From positions 124,520 through 188,519 of the forward strand of contig CAVPRW010000007.1 in NCBI GenBank assembly GCA_963707985.1: 64,000 bases of DNA, in the 5' to 3' direction. Positions 44,769-54,186 of this stretch are shown here, in pieces (the first letter of the stretch is position 1; each line of letters begins with the position of its first letter). Position numbers and translations under genes: made by a program. The notes beneath the pieces were generated by a model that saw only the letters and a list, made by a program, of their open reading frames with translations, made no database searches and was not told the DNA's origin. This DNA comes from an uncultured Nitrospinota bacterium (GTDB lineage Bacteria > Tectomicrobia > Entotheonellia > J063 > CAVPRW01).

Positions 44769-46864
44769 GCCACTTTGACAGGTTACATCCCGCACTGCAA
44801 TATCACATCGTCAACAGCCTGGGGTGGCGGGAGTTGCGTCCATTCCAGGAGGCAGTCATTCCGGCGATTCTTGCCGGGAAGCACCTGATCATTCTCGCCC
44901 CGACTGCTGGTGGGAAGACGGAAGCCGCGTTCTTCCCGGTGCTCTCCCGGATGTTGTCCGCAGGGTGGACTGGCCTCAGTGTCCTCTACATCTGTCCGAT
45001 CAAGGCACTGCTCAACAATTTAGACGTTCGGCTCCAGCGCTACTGCGCGTTGGTGGGGCGAAGCTCAGCGCTCTGGCACGGAGATGTCAAAACCCCTGTG
45101 CGCAGGCGGATCCTCCGTGATCCCCCCGATTGTCTGCTGACGACGCCGGAGTCGTTGGAAGTCATGTTGGTGTCACCAAACGTCGATGCCAGAGGTCTGT
45201 TTAGGAATCTACAAGTGGCCGTCATCGACGAGATCCACGCCTTTGCTGGCGATGATCGCGGCTGGCACTTGCTCGCGGTGCTTGAACGTCTCACCCGGCT
45301 AGCTGGTCGTGAAGTGCAGCGCCTTGGGCTGTCAGCGACTGTCGGTAATCCAGAAATCCTGGTGGATTGGCTGGCCGGAGCGTGCACACGAGAACGCGCT
45401 GTCTTCCTGCCACTGGAACATCATCGCCCGGCTGAGGTGACATTGGACTACGTGGGATCGCTGCAAAATGCCGCTGTTGTCATCTCGCAACTGCATCGCG
45501 GTGAGAAGCGGCTGGTGTTCATCGACAGTCGTGCACGGGCCGAGCAGCTTGCCCACGCGCTCCGTCAGCGTGAGGTGACAACGTTTGTCACCCATAGCTC
45601 GCTAAGCCGAGAGCAGAGACACACGGCCGAAGAAGCATTTGCCTCGCGAGAGGACTGCGTGATTGTCGCGACCAGTGTCCTGGAACTTGGCATTGATGTT
45701 GGCACTCTGGACCGGGTTATTCAGATTGATGCACCGACTACGGTCTCTAGTTTCCTGCAGCGTATGGGAAGAACAGGCCGCCGCCTGGGTACGAGGCGCA
45801 ACTGCTTATTCTTAGCCACGGGAGATGAGGCGCTGATGCAAGCAGCTGGGCTCATTGACTTGTGGGCCTCAGGATATATCGAGCCAATCACCCCGCCACC
45901 AAAGCCATGGCATATCTTGGCACAACAGCTGATGGCCCTAGCGCTACAGGAGCATGGCATTGGACGGCAGGATTGGCTGCGATGGATTAGCAATGTGCCA
46001 GCGTTTTCACGGTTGCCGATGACGCAGGTTGACTCTCTGGTGCAGTGGATGCTCGACCAGCAGATACTTTGGGATGACCAGGGGGTACTTTGGTTAGGTC
46101 GAGAAGGCGAGGAGACTTACGGTCGGCGCAACTTCCTAGAGCTGTTTTCCGTGTTCACCTCGCCTCCGCAGTTTACGGTATTGCATGGGCGCCAAGAGCT
46201 TGGATTTGTCGACGAAATGACCTTCCTGGGAAAACAGGATGGCCCCCGCGTTTTGTTACTGGGAGGCGGGGCATGGCGTGTCAATCATATTGACTGGCAG
46301 CGTCGTGTGGCCTATGTGCAAGCTACGGATACCGATGGGCGATCCCGGTGGAAAGGGGACAGGCCAGGTCTCGGGGTTCGGCTGTGTCAGTCGATCAAAC
46401 ATCTGCTTGCTAGGAATGACGACAATGCAATGTGGTCAAAGCGTGCCCAGCGACAGATAGCAGAGCTCCGTGACGAGTTTACCTGGCTGGACATGGATGG
46501 GACGGTCATTCTCCTCGAAAAGAACGGCAAAGTTGAGTGGTGGACCTTCGCTGGGACTGGGGCAAACGCCATACTCGCATATGAATTGTCTCAGGCAGTA
46601 AAGTCCCGTGCTATATATGACAATTTCACAGTCACCTTTGAATCGCAAGTATCTCTCAACACGATTGAATTGGCGCTAAGTGAGCTTGGGAGGAGCGAGA
46701 TAAGCAAGATGACAACAGCAGTGGACGAACATGTGATTGAAGGCCTAAAATTCTCTGAGTGTCTGCCACGTGACCTTGCGCTGGATCAGCTTCGTGCTCG
46801 ACTATGTGATCACCCGTCTGTGCAGTATGCCTTGAAGCAGCCTGTGAGATTTGTTTCCCTATAA
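44765..46864 (+). CDS. brxHI: BREX Lhr-like DEAD/DEAH helicase BrxHI
   Basis: APTAGGKTEAA, TTPESLE, DEIH, SAT, ATS.LELGID.G, QR.GR.GR; follows brxD. Confidence 0.9.
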   Translation: MSHFDRLHPALQYHIVNSLGWRELRPFQEAVIPAILAGKHLIILAPTAGGKTEAAFFPVLSRMLSAGWTGLSVLYICPIKALLNNLDVRLQRYCALVGRSSALWHGDVKTPVRRRILRDPPDCLLTTPESLEVMLVSPNVDARGLFRNLQVAVIDEIHAFAGDDRGWHLLAVLERLTRLAGREVQRLGLSATVGNPEILVDWLAGACTRERAVFLPLEHHRPAEVTLDYVGSLQNAAVVISQLHRGEKRLVFIDSRARAEQLAHALRQREVTTFVTHSSLSREQRHTAEEAFASREDCVIVATSVLELGIDVGTLDRVIQIDAPTTVSSFLQRMGRTGRRLGTRRNCLFLATGDEALMQAAGLIDLWASGYIEPITPPPKPWHILAQQLMALALQEHGIGRQDWLRWISNVPAFSRLPMTQVDSLVQWMLDQQILWDDQGVLWLGREGEETYGRRNFLELFSVFTSPPQFTVLHGRQELGFVDEMTFLGKQDGPRVLLLGGGAWRVNHIDWQRRVAYVQATDTDGRSRWKGDRPGLGVRLCQSIKHLLARNDDNAMWSKRAQRQIAELRDEFTWLDMDGTVILLEKNGKVEWWTFAGTGANAILAYELSQAVKSRAIYDNFTVTFESQVSLNTIELALSELGRSEISKMTTAVDEHVIEGLKFSECLPRDLALDQLRARLCDHPSVQYALKQPVRFVSL

Positions 46865-47681
46865 AATGGAAACAGCTCTTGAAAAACATTATGGTAAGAG
46901 GTGAGCTTTGGGTATGAGCAACTCGTATACTTACTCCGCAACCTTGGCTGCTATCTCTGCAGCTATTTTTACAATTGAGCTGGTTGCGAGTTTTAGGCAC
47001 CGTAGAACTCCCGCACATTGATCAAGGTGTACGCTATCAATTCATACCAAAATGTCGTTGCTGAATGCACTCAAACCGACATTCGAGAGTCAAATGTCTG
47101 AGCCGCTGAATTTTCATTAGTGAGGTTGAGCTGTGAGTGTTATCCTCCTGTGCTCGTTACGCCAAATTGGCGCTGGGCACGATAGCAAGGAGGAATGGGT
47201 GCAGCCCCTCACCCCCCCCTCCCGACACCTGGAGGCGATGCAACGCGTTGTGTGGGGGATCGTACATGGGTAAGAACCCTATTGGGGGGGGACCAAACGC
47301 CGGTCCACAATGTCGTCCCCCATGCCAATGCTGGCATGTCTCCGGACGAGAAGAAGCGTGCTCCATCACGAACATAATCGCAGATGAGGATTCTCTTGAG
47401 AGTCACGCTGACGCCTAGCGTCCAAGCCGGCTCACGAAGACCCTGGGAGAACAGTTCGTGCTACACATCCTGGGTTTCTGTGGAGAGTTGTAGGCCCAAT
47501 ACCCCGAGGTGAGGCACCTTTACTGACGTTTCCCATCAGCGGCGAGTGAATGCGGATTAGCGGTGAGAGTCAAATATAGGGTGCAATTTCCCACCCCTGC
47601 GCCAACAACGCCATCGATCAGATAAGAATACCAGCTGTGTATGGCCCCCATGAACGATTAGGTTCACACATACGTCGCTGG

Positions 47682-48338
47682 CTACTTAGAAGGCCAGATC
47701 TGTGCGATAAGCAACAAGGTCAAGACCTTGCTCAGGGGGTAGTTGAGGAGACCTGCCTTCTCCCGGACGACCGCCTGGACCTCGGGTGGCAGCGTGGCCA
47801 GGAGTGTTTGGGCGCAGGCGTCGCGATCATGGGGAGGTGCGCCGGTAGCGTCAGCCCTCGTCGGGTCAGTGTCGTTGACGAAGTCTTGGCGGTTAAGGAA
47901 AGCAGAGAGGGCTTGGCGTATCAGCTCAGACGCTCCGAGCCCACGGGCGTCGGCTGCCTGCTGCAGGTGCATGCGTAAGTCATTTGGAAACCGTACCGTA
48001 GACCGTTGACTCATTGCTTCCTCCTTCGTAGGCTGTCGCTGATGCCTTGGCGCTGTGTCCGTCATGAGTCGTACACCCTGATGCTGCTGACGGGGGAAAC
48101 CATGAGGCATGGCCAAAATTGCACGTACATCAGCGGTCATAGTAGCTTTCGAGACCTTGAAGCGACGGGCCAAGCGCGCACGGACACCGTACCAAAGCCC
48201 CTCACGCACGAGGCATCGGGCTACCTGCCGGCGGCGCAGGCGAGCTTGAAGCCGGCGGATGCTATGATATTGCCGTCGGCCACTCGCACGCTGACACACT
48301 TCTGTCCAATGGGTCTGAGCACTCCAGGTGTTTAGCAT
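47682..48338 (-). CDS. DNA-binding protein(s): HTH-like N-part and ribbon-helix-helix C-part (may be two genes)
   Basis: RARLARRFKVSKATMTADV (HTH-like); after an internal AAGGAGG RBS, MSQRSTVRFPNDL...A..RG...SELIRQAL (RHH). Confidence 0.55.
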   Translation of the reverse strand: MLNTWSAQTHWTEVCQRASGRRQYHSIRRLQARLRRRQVARCLVREGLWYGVRARLARRFKVSKATMTADVRAILAMPHGFPRQQHQGVRLMTDTAPRHQRQPTKEEAMSQRSTVRFPNDLRMHLQQAADARGLGASELIRQALSAFLNRQDFVNDTDPTRADATGAPPHDRDACAQTLLATLPPEVQAVVREKAGLLNYPLSKVLTLLLIAQIWPSK

Positions 48339-48474
48339 TTCTTGTATAGGTTTTGCACGTCAGACACCTTATCGTAAAGTTCAGCATTGACTGGGTAAGT
48401 GGTAATTTATTATAGATAATCTTCTGCAATTCCGCTGGTGAAATCGTGGCGAAGATGTTGATACCGCGGTTGGG

Positions 48475-48993
48475 TCACCTCTCGCGTGATGATAGCGAGG
48501 ACAGCGCATCTCCCTCGACCAGGATGGTGACCGTAGGGCTCCGTTTGCCCTGTCGCTCGACACGTACGAGACCGGCCTGCTCCAAGTCGAGCAGCCGTTG
48601 CCGGGCAGTCTCAGGATGCACGCCACACTGCCGAAGCCGTGTACGTGTCAAGACCACCGTGTTCGAAGAAGTGATTCCTGCCCACAACCATAACACTGTG
48701 CCAACATGCCAGGCTTTCCCCGGCAGCTGCATCGCGCGCGTGACCCAGGATAGTGGGATCGGTCCCTTGAGAAACCACTCCTTGGATCGCTTCGGTGCAT
48801 GCGATCTCGATGGCGAGCACCCTAATGATTGGCTGGGTTGCGTTTTAGCGCATGGCACATGAAGACCCAGATCGTGGCAGATGTCTCGCACCTCTCGTGT
48901 TGGCAGGCACATCTTCACGGTTGCGATGTCACCGTCGACCGTCTTTTGCCGGTCATCCTGCCGTTCTCGGTGCGCATGCGGGGTCTTGCCCAT
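48475..48993 (-). CDS. Winged-helix-like hypothetical protein (start uncertain)
   Basis: FLKGPIPL.W...A..LPGKA...LW...L..CGV......R.L..LEQAGLVRVER...SP.VTIL. Confidence 0.6.
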   Translation of the reverse strand: MGKTPHAHRERQDDRQKTVDGDIATVKMCLPTREVRDICHDLGLHVPCAKTQPSQSLGCSPSRSHAPKRSKEWFLKGPIPLSWVTRAMQLPGKAWHVGTVLWLWAGITSSNTVVLTRTRLRQCGVHPETARQRLLDLEQAGLVRVERQGKRSPTVTILVEGDALSSLSSRER

Positions 48994-49032
48994 CCGTATA
49001 TATCCTAATAGATTCTCTATAAGATAGACCTG

Positions 49033-49072
49033 TACCACGTGGGCGTGGCAGCGGAACCACGGCCACGTGGTA
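49033..49072. other. 16-bp inverted repeat (hairpin) beside an AT-rich tract; candidate origin or terminator
   Basis: TACCACGTGGGCGTGG-8 nt-CCACGGCCACGTGGTA (1 mismatch); AT-rich 48997-49028. Confidence 0.55.
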
Positions 49073-49082
49073 GGGCAGGCGT

Positions 49083-50858
49083 CTAGCCAGAGGTGAGATG
49101 AGGGAGCGATGTGCCCAGGTGCTCCGAGATGATGGCCCAGATCGTGGACCACATCGCGACCCCGCGGGGGTCCTCGTAACGTGCGGGGAAGCGGAACACT
49201 TTCGCCTCCGATCGCAGTTGAAATCCGTCCAGGACGGCGGCGCTGGCCTCGGCCATGGCCGCCTGGGTGAGCGCGACGGCCTGATCGATCTCGTGCACAG
49301 GGGCTTCGATTAGCACGGCATCGTGGACCGGGGCGCAGATCCGAATCCCCCGCTCCGTCGCGAGGCAGCAGGCCAGACGGAGCATCTCAGCGCCATTGGC
49401 TTGAGCGGGAAAATTTCGCAGTGATCGAGGATTCGCCGTGAACAGTTTCGGGTCAGCCCCAGGCCCCAGATGGAGCGGCCAGCCGAAGACCGTGAAGATG
49501 ATATTGTAGATCATGGCATAGTCGACCGCCCTGTTCGACCACGCCCAAAAACCAGGATAGGCCTGGCGGTGCAGGCGCAGAAGATCGCGCGCAGCGGCCG
49601 GCGATCGCCCCAACCGCATCGCCAAACTGTCCGCCCCCATGCCATATTGGACCGCCAGCGCACAGGCCTTAAACGCGTCGCGGATTGCGCCGTGGGTCGT
49701 GCGGGTGCCGTTGGGCGGGATGGCACCGGCCTGCCGGGCAAACGTTAGATAAGGATCACCCGACCGGTAGGCGGCGCACATCGCCGGATCACCCGACAAG
49801 GCCGCCGCGATCCCAAACTCCTGCTGCTCCCAATCTACATACGCCATCCCCCACCCGGGATCGGGTTGAATGAAATGCCGAACCCAGACGGCCGGACCGA
49901 AGACGAACTTCGCGGTGCTCGGCTGGTTGCGCCCGGTTTTCGCCCGGAAGGCGGAGAGCAGCGCGCGGTTGCGGCCGTCACTCCCGACGGTGAGTTGCTC
50001 CAGCCGCATGCGCCCGAGCGTGGCGCGCAACTCCCGGATGGGATTGATCATCGGGTAGGCACGCGCCATGTCGCGGAAGATCTCGTCGTCGAGGGCCAAC
50101 GTCCCGGATGCCAACCGCGGCCACGGGATATCGTGGGCGGCGAGCCAGCGCTCCCACCGGTCCACCTTGAACGTGCGCCCGTCATAGACGCCGTAGTGCG
50201 CATCCACACGGGCGATCAGTTCATCCTGGATCGTGGTCCAGTGATCGCGCACGATTTGCAAGGCTTCGGTGTTGAGCGGCACACCGGTCGCCTCCATGCG
50301 CGCGGCCGCCTTCATATAGCGCCCGCGCAAGAGTGCCCGCTCCACATCGAGTGTCGGCAGCAGGCGGGGCAGGAGTTGGATCAGCGCTCGGACATCAGAG
50401 GCGCAATAGTCCAACAGCGCCACCCGTTCCTCGGCCGTCCAAGGCCCGCCGCGCATGGCCAACTGCCGCATGCTGTCCTTCTCCGCAACATCGATCCCGT
50501 CGATGCCGAAATAGGCCAGGGCCCCCAGCAGACTCTGGCCACAGGGCGTGGATAACCCATTCGTGAGGACGCGGAACTCCACGAACAAATCGAGCACGTA
50601 GGCCGGCAGGGGCCACCCCAGGGCGAGGTGGCACCCCAGTTCGGCACTGGCATAGTATGCGACGAACAAGCTGCGAGTATTGAGGGGGTAGGGTGGCACA
50701 CGGCATCGCCGGAGGTCATCTTCAAAGAGACGTACGGTCTCCCCACGACGAACTTCATGTGCCACCACACAGATGACGGTAGGACGTTCGCCATCGGATG
50801 CGCAGAATTCAGTGTCCACGCACCAGATGTGGTCAAACTCGTCGAGACTGGCAGGCAT
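49083..50858 (-). CDS. Family A DNA polymerase (3'-5' exonuclease + polymerase, no 5'-3' exonuclease), mobile-element type
   Basis: ExoI VDTEF, ExoIII YCASDV, KTGRNQPS, motif A DWEQQE, motif B R..FK....AVQYG, NFP.Q..GAE, motif C VHDA. Confidence 0.92.
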   Translation of the reverse strand: MPASLDEFDHIWCVDTEFCASDGERPTVICVVAHEVRRGETVRLFEDDLRRCRVPPYPLNTRSLFVAYYASAELGCHLALGWPLPAYVLDLFVEFRVLTNGLSTPCGQSLLGALAYFGIDGIDVAEKDSMRQLAMRGGPWTAEERVALLDYCASDVRALIQLLPRLLPTLDVERALLRGRYMKAAARMEATGVPLNTEALQIVRDHWTTIQDELIARVDAHYGVYDGRTFKVDRWERWLAAHDIPWPRLASGTLALDDEIFRDMARAYPMINPIRELRATLGRMRLEQLTVGSDGRNRALLSAFRAKTGRNQPSTAKFVFGPAVWVRHFIQPDPGWGMAYVDWEQQEFGIAAALSGDPAMCAAYRSGDPYLTFARQAGAIPPNGTRTTHGAIRDAFKACALAVQYGMGADSLAMRLGRSPAAARDLLRLHRQAYPGFWAWSNRAVDYAMIYNIIFTVFGWPLHLGPGADPKLFTANPRSLRNFPAQANGAEMLRLACCLATERGIRICAPVHDAVLIEAPVHEIDQAVALTQAAMAEASAAVLDGFQLRSEAKVFRFPARYEDPRGVAMWSTIWAIISEHLGTSLPHLTSG

Positions 50859-51592
50859 TACAGCTCGCCCCGTAGGCGGCGCAAGACTTCGTCGTCCCAC
50901 GATGCGATGTAGCGATGCCGGAAGGCAATCTGTACGATCTCCTCAAAAGCCATGGCGGGCCATTTGGGCTCGTCCGTGAGCGCCACGGCTTGGTCGACCT
51001 CATTGGCCCCCAGGGCCATATTGGCGCGGATACGAATCCAGTATTTCATGGCGAGCAGGGCGGCTTCGAGGGCGGATTGGTTCCAGGCATCCAGGCGACC
51101 ATCATGCCCAGGCAGTCGGATCGGCCACAGGGAGAGCACGCCCTGGCGGTTGAGAACCGTGAACAGTACCTTCGGCACCGCCTCATTGCGGGCCAGGAGT
51201 TCGTCCCAAAGGCTGGGAGCTACCAAATATAAGGCGCGGCGATCGGCTTTGACCTCGAGCACGACCGTCTCCAATCGGTACTCAGGATCGGGGTGGGTGC
51301 GGATAAACACCTGTGAATCCGGCTTTCCCACCGGTACCGTAGTGATCAGGGTTTTCACAGCGACCAGCCCGCCGAAGTCTTGCGGGAGCCGCACGCTTGC
51401 CAGATTGAATATTGGCTCTGGACCGGCATCAGCCTCTTCGATACTAGAAATATCCTCACCGTTACCCGAGCGCCCCTCATGCGGTATGCGCAGCACCTCT
51501 GGGTCCGGGAGATTTGCCGAGCCGTTTGACGATGGTTGGGGTGAAGGTTCTTGAGATCCCTGTTCAAGTGTGATGTTCCTAGCCTTTGCCAT
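50858..51592 (-). CDS. Uncharacterised protein coupled to the polymerase gene (possible SSB or replication accessory)
   Basis: 244 aa; TAATG overlap with the pol start; VPV.KP....FIR.HP...NRQG...LWP...W..SA...W.R..ANM. Confidence 0.7.
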   Translation of the reverse strand: MAKARNITLEQGSQEPSPQPSSNGSANLPDPEVLRIPHEGRSGNGEDISSIEEADAGPEPIFNLASVRLPQDFGGLVAVKTLITTVPVGKPDSQVFIRTHPDPEYRLETVVLEVKADRRALYLVAPSLWDELLARNEAVPKVLFTVLNRQGVLSLWPIRLPGHDGRLDAWNQSALEAALLAMKYWIRIRANMALGANEVDQAVALTDEPKWPAMAFEEIVQIAFRHRYIASWDDEVLRRLRGEL

Positions 51593-51648
51593 GGTCAACT
51601 CCTTTTCAGTGAATGACGTTGTCAAGACGACGAGAACGGTGATGCGCC

Positions 51649-51867
51649 CTAGCGTGTGCAGCCGCAGGGCAGTTCGGCCATCCACGCCGAGATTTCGTCG
51701 GCTCTCCAGCCGACCCGATTTCGACTGAGGCGGACCCGTTGAGGAAACTTCCCTTCGCGTTCGAGCCGCCATCTCGTCGTCCGCGACAAGTTGGTAAGGC
51801 GGTGCACCTCGCCTTCCCCAATGATTCGAGCGATGGCTTCATCCGACAACACCCTTTGCTCCGGCAT
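51649..51867 (-). CDS. alpA: AlpA-family regulator/excisionase
   Basis: EV...T.LSRTT.WRLE..G.FP..V.LS.NRVGW...EI.AW. Confidence 0.88.
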   Translation of the reverse strand: MPEQRVLSDEAIARIIGEGEVHRLTNLSRTTRWRLEREGKFPQRVRLSRNRVGWRADEISAWMAELPCGCTR

Positions 51868-51956
51868 ACCAATTCCTCCACACACACTTCATGGCTATTC
51901 AAGCACGTCTACGCATTAACCTACGGCAGCGTCCACGTGTGTGGAAAGGATGGACC

Positions 51957-52056
51957 TTGCGACACCAAGGATGAAAAAATGGGCTTTTCTCGAAGATATT
52001 GTCGCAACGGCGACACACTCGCCGATTTTCTCGGATAATGGGGATAAGTGTGTCGC
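51957..52056. promoter_or_regulatory. Two inverted-repeat pairs sharing a GCGACA core upstream of alpA
   Basis: TTGCGACA 51957 / TGTCGCAA 52000; GCGACACACT 52010 / AGTGTGTCGC 52047. Confidence 0.5.
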
Positions 52057-52096
52057 GAAAAAAAGGGGGGGGGCGGTGAGGACCAGCGCGAGGGGG

Positions 52097-52972
52097 TTAT
52101 AGGGCAGGAGAGCGCTGGGCTCGTTCGGCACGCCTGCGGAGGCGCTTGACGACAGCAGGGATCCCTGTGTCTATATCCGGCGCGACCTTCTCGACCTTGA
52201 GATGGCACAAGATCAGGGCGATGGCATGATAGACCGCTTCGTCTGGAAATTCCCGACGCGGCGGCCCATACGTCAGGAAGGCGTCCCGCATGCGCAGGCA
52301 GGACTGGGTCCGATAGTGAGCGCGCGTAATCCCAGCCGCCCTGAGGTAGTCCGCCGGGCTCAGCGTTTCGATGATGTCGTGGAAGGTCCCCTCTGCTCGT
52401 TCGATGGTCGCCTTGCGCACGGGTGGGTGGGGCGGTTCTGCCGCTAACGCCCGTCGTGCGCGCAAGTGGGTGTAAATCGCCGCGGCGAGGCCTACGGTCG
52501 ACAAGGCTTCCCGCATATGGTCAGGCATCCCCTGAGCCTGGGCCTCGAGGCTTCCGAGAGTCTCCTCATAGGCGAGCAGCGCATCAGCGAGCGCATCGAG
52601 CAAGAGCGGGCGATTACGACAGCGTCTCACCTCGATGGGGGTCACATGCCGATCTTGAACCTCGGTGTCAGCGCATTGCTGAAAAAGGTCGAGGCGCTGG
52701 AGGCAGATTTGGAGCAGCCCATGGCGGGAAAGTGTGACCTGCAGTGGGTGATCGAGGGAGGGGAGGCCGGCATAGGAGAGCCCTTTTGCCGTCACTGCCC
52801 TGAGTAGTCGGCGGTCAACGTCGGGGGATTCTTCGATGTCCGCGAGGTATTCGTGAAGCTGGAGATACTTAAAATCCCGAGCCAACGCCATCGTGGGAAA
52901 CCTCCTGACTTTCAGCTGAGGCATCGGCACGCCCAGGGATGCGGAGGTCGCACGCCTGTGCCCCCGCGGCAT
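52097..52972 (-). CDS. Hypothetical protein upstream of alpA
   Basis: 291 aa ORF with helical composition; no motif recognised. Confidence 0.55.
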   Translation of the reverse strand: MPRGHRRATSASLGVPMPQLKVRRFPTMALARDFKYLQLHEYLADIEESPDVDRRLLRAVTAKGLSYAGLPSLDHPLQVTLSRHGLLQICLQRLDLFQQCADTEVQDRHVTPIEVRRCRNRPLLLDALADALLAYEETLGSLEAQAQGMPDHMREALSTVGLAAAIYTHLRARRALAAEPPHPPVRKATIERAEGTFHDIIETLSPADYLRAAGITRAHYRTQSCLRMRDAFLTYGPPRREFPDEAVYHAIALILCHLKVEKVAPDIDTGIPAVVKRLRRRAERAQRSPAL

Positions 52973-54146
52973 GGTCCTCGGCTGACGCGGTGCTGTGGAT
53001 TGGGTGGACGTGTTCGTTCGTGTTCGCGACCCATGGCTGTCCCCTTTCCCCTCGACAGGTCAGGGGCTGGCGCTGTTCCGCGTGATCACGATGCTGGTCG
53101 GAGATCTTTGTCAGGCGACCTCTGCGTGGTGCAGGATTGTCCCGACTTCGTGGACGGGAAGCGCCGAGACTCTCCCGGTAATTGGCTGCCGACCATCGCA
53201 AGTTGTGTGCAACAGGCGTTATTCCCGATCACGACCAGACCTGGCGGATTGCTGTTCACCTATCCAGTCCAGGCGAGCATAGACGTTGACAGCCCCGTGG
53301 GGCTCATGTCGACCCTACCCAAAGGTTAGGGATAAGGAACGGGAGGGGTGGAACAGCATGAAAGAGCACACAGGATATTAAAACATAGGAAGGGTGACTT
53401 TTCTAGGTGATCATGGTTTCGGGATGTTTCAGCGAAGACCAGGGGATTGCACAGGCAGGTGATTGACAGACACTCTCGGCTCCCACAGACTCCGACTCCC
53501 GCAGCTAGGGGGCCCTCTAGTGCCCGGCGAAGTATGCGGTCGCGCGGCAGCATAGATGATGTTTGAACACGTCAGGGTTGGAGTCATGACAGCCCGTCGG
53601 ATAGGAGTGCCAGCGATTGCAAATGCTCCGATACGATCGACAGTGCCATGTCGGCCTGGGTCGATGCGTATCTCGACGATCCTCAGGTATATTCGTGGCA
53701 TAGACATTGGAACTGCGGTTATCCGATCATAGGTAAACCCATATATTTTCGAGCGATTAGAAGCGTTAGGGACAAACCCGGGACAATACCATTCCATGAG
53801 AGGTCTATAAGGTCATCACTACATTTCCGGTCTTCAGGGAGGACACATCAATTCTGGTAAAGTGACTGACCACCATCCTTGCTACGATGATAGTAAGTAA
53901 TAGTAGGGGGAGGCCATTGCAATGCCGATGATCTACGCGGTAGTTGGTCCCACTGGGGGCCCGGTGCCAATGGACCCTGTCTAAGACCAATACATGCTGA
54001 TGGATTAAGGCGCTATTGCTTAAAGTTCCCACAGGCTGGGAGCGCTGTGAGGCATAGGGCGCGGCCGCTGAAGCAGGCTTTGCCAGGAGCCAGCATTATA
54101 ATCGTGAGCTGTGGGAACACGGAACGGCTCCTACTCTTCAATCAGA

Positions 54147-54186
54147 TCTCATCCTTTCTCTTCCCGTCTCATCTCTTCTCTTCCCG
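54147..54186. repeat. 20-bp tandem duplication
   Basis: TCTCATCCTTTCTCTTCCCG followed by TCTCATCTCTTCTCTTCCCG. Confidence 0.7.

Noticed and set aside
46865..47680. Additional BREX accessory gene after brxHI
   Set aside because: Only short ORFs without recognisable motifs.
49083..50858. Housekeeping polA
   Set aside because: No 5'-3' exonuclease domain, divergent motifs and alpA-linked context.
47682..52972. Intact prophage
   Set aside because: No structural, packaging or lysis genes recognised.
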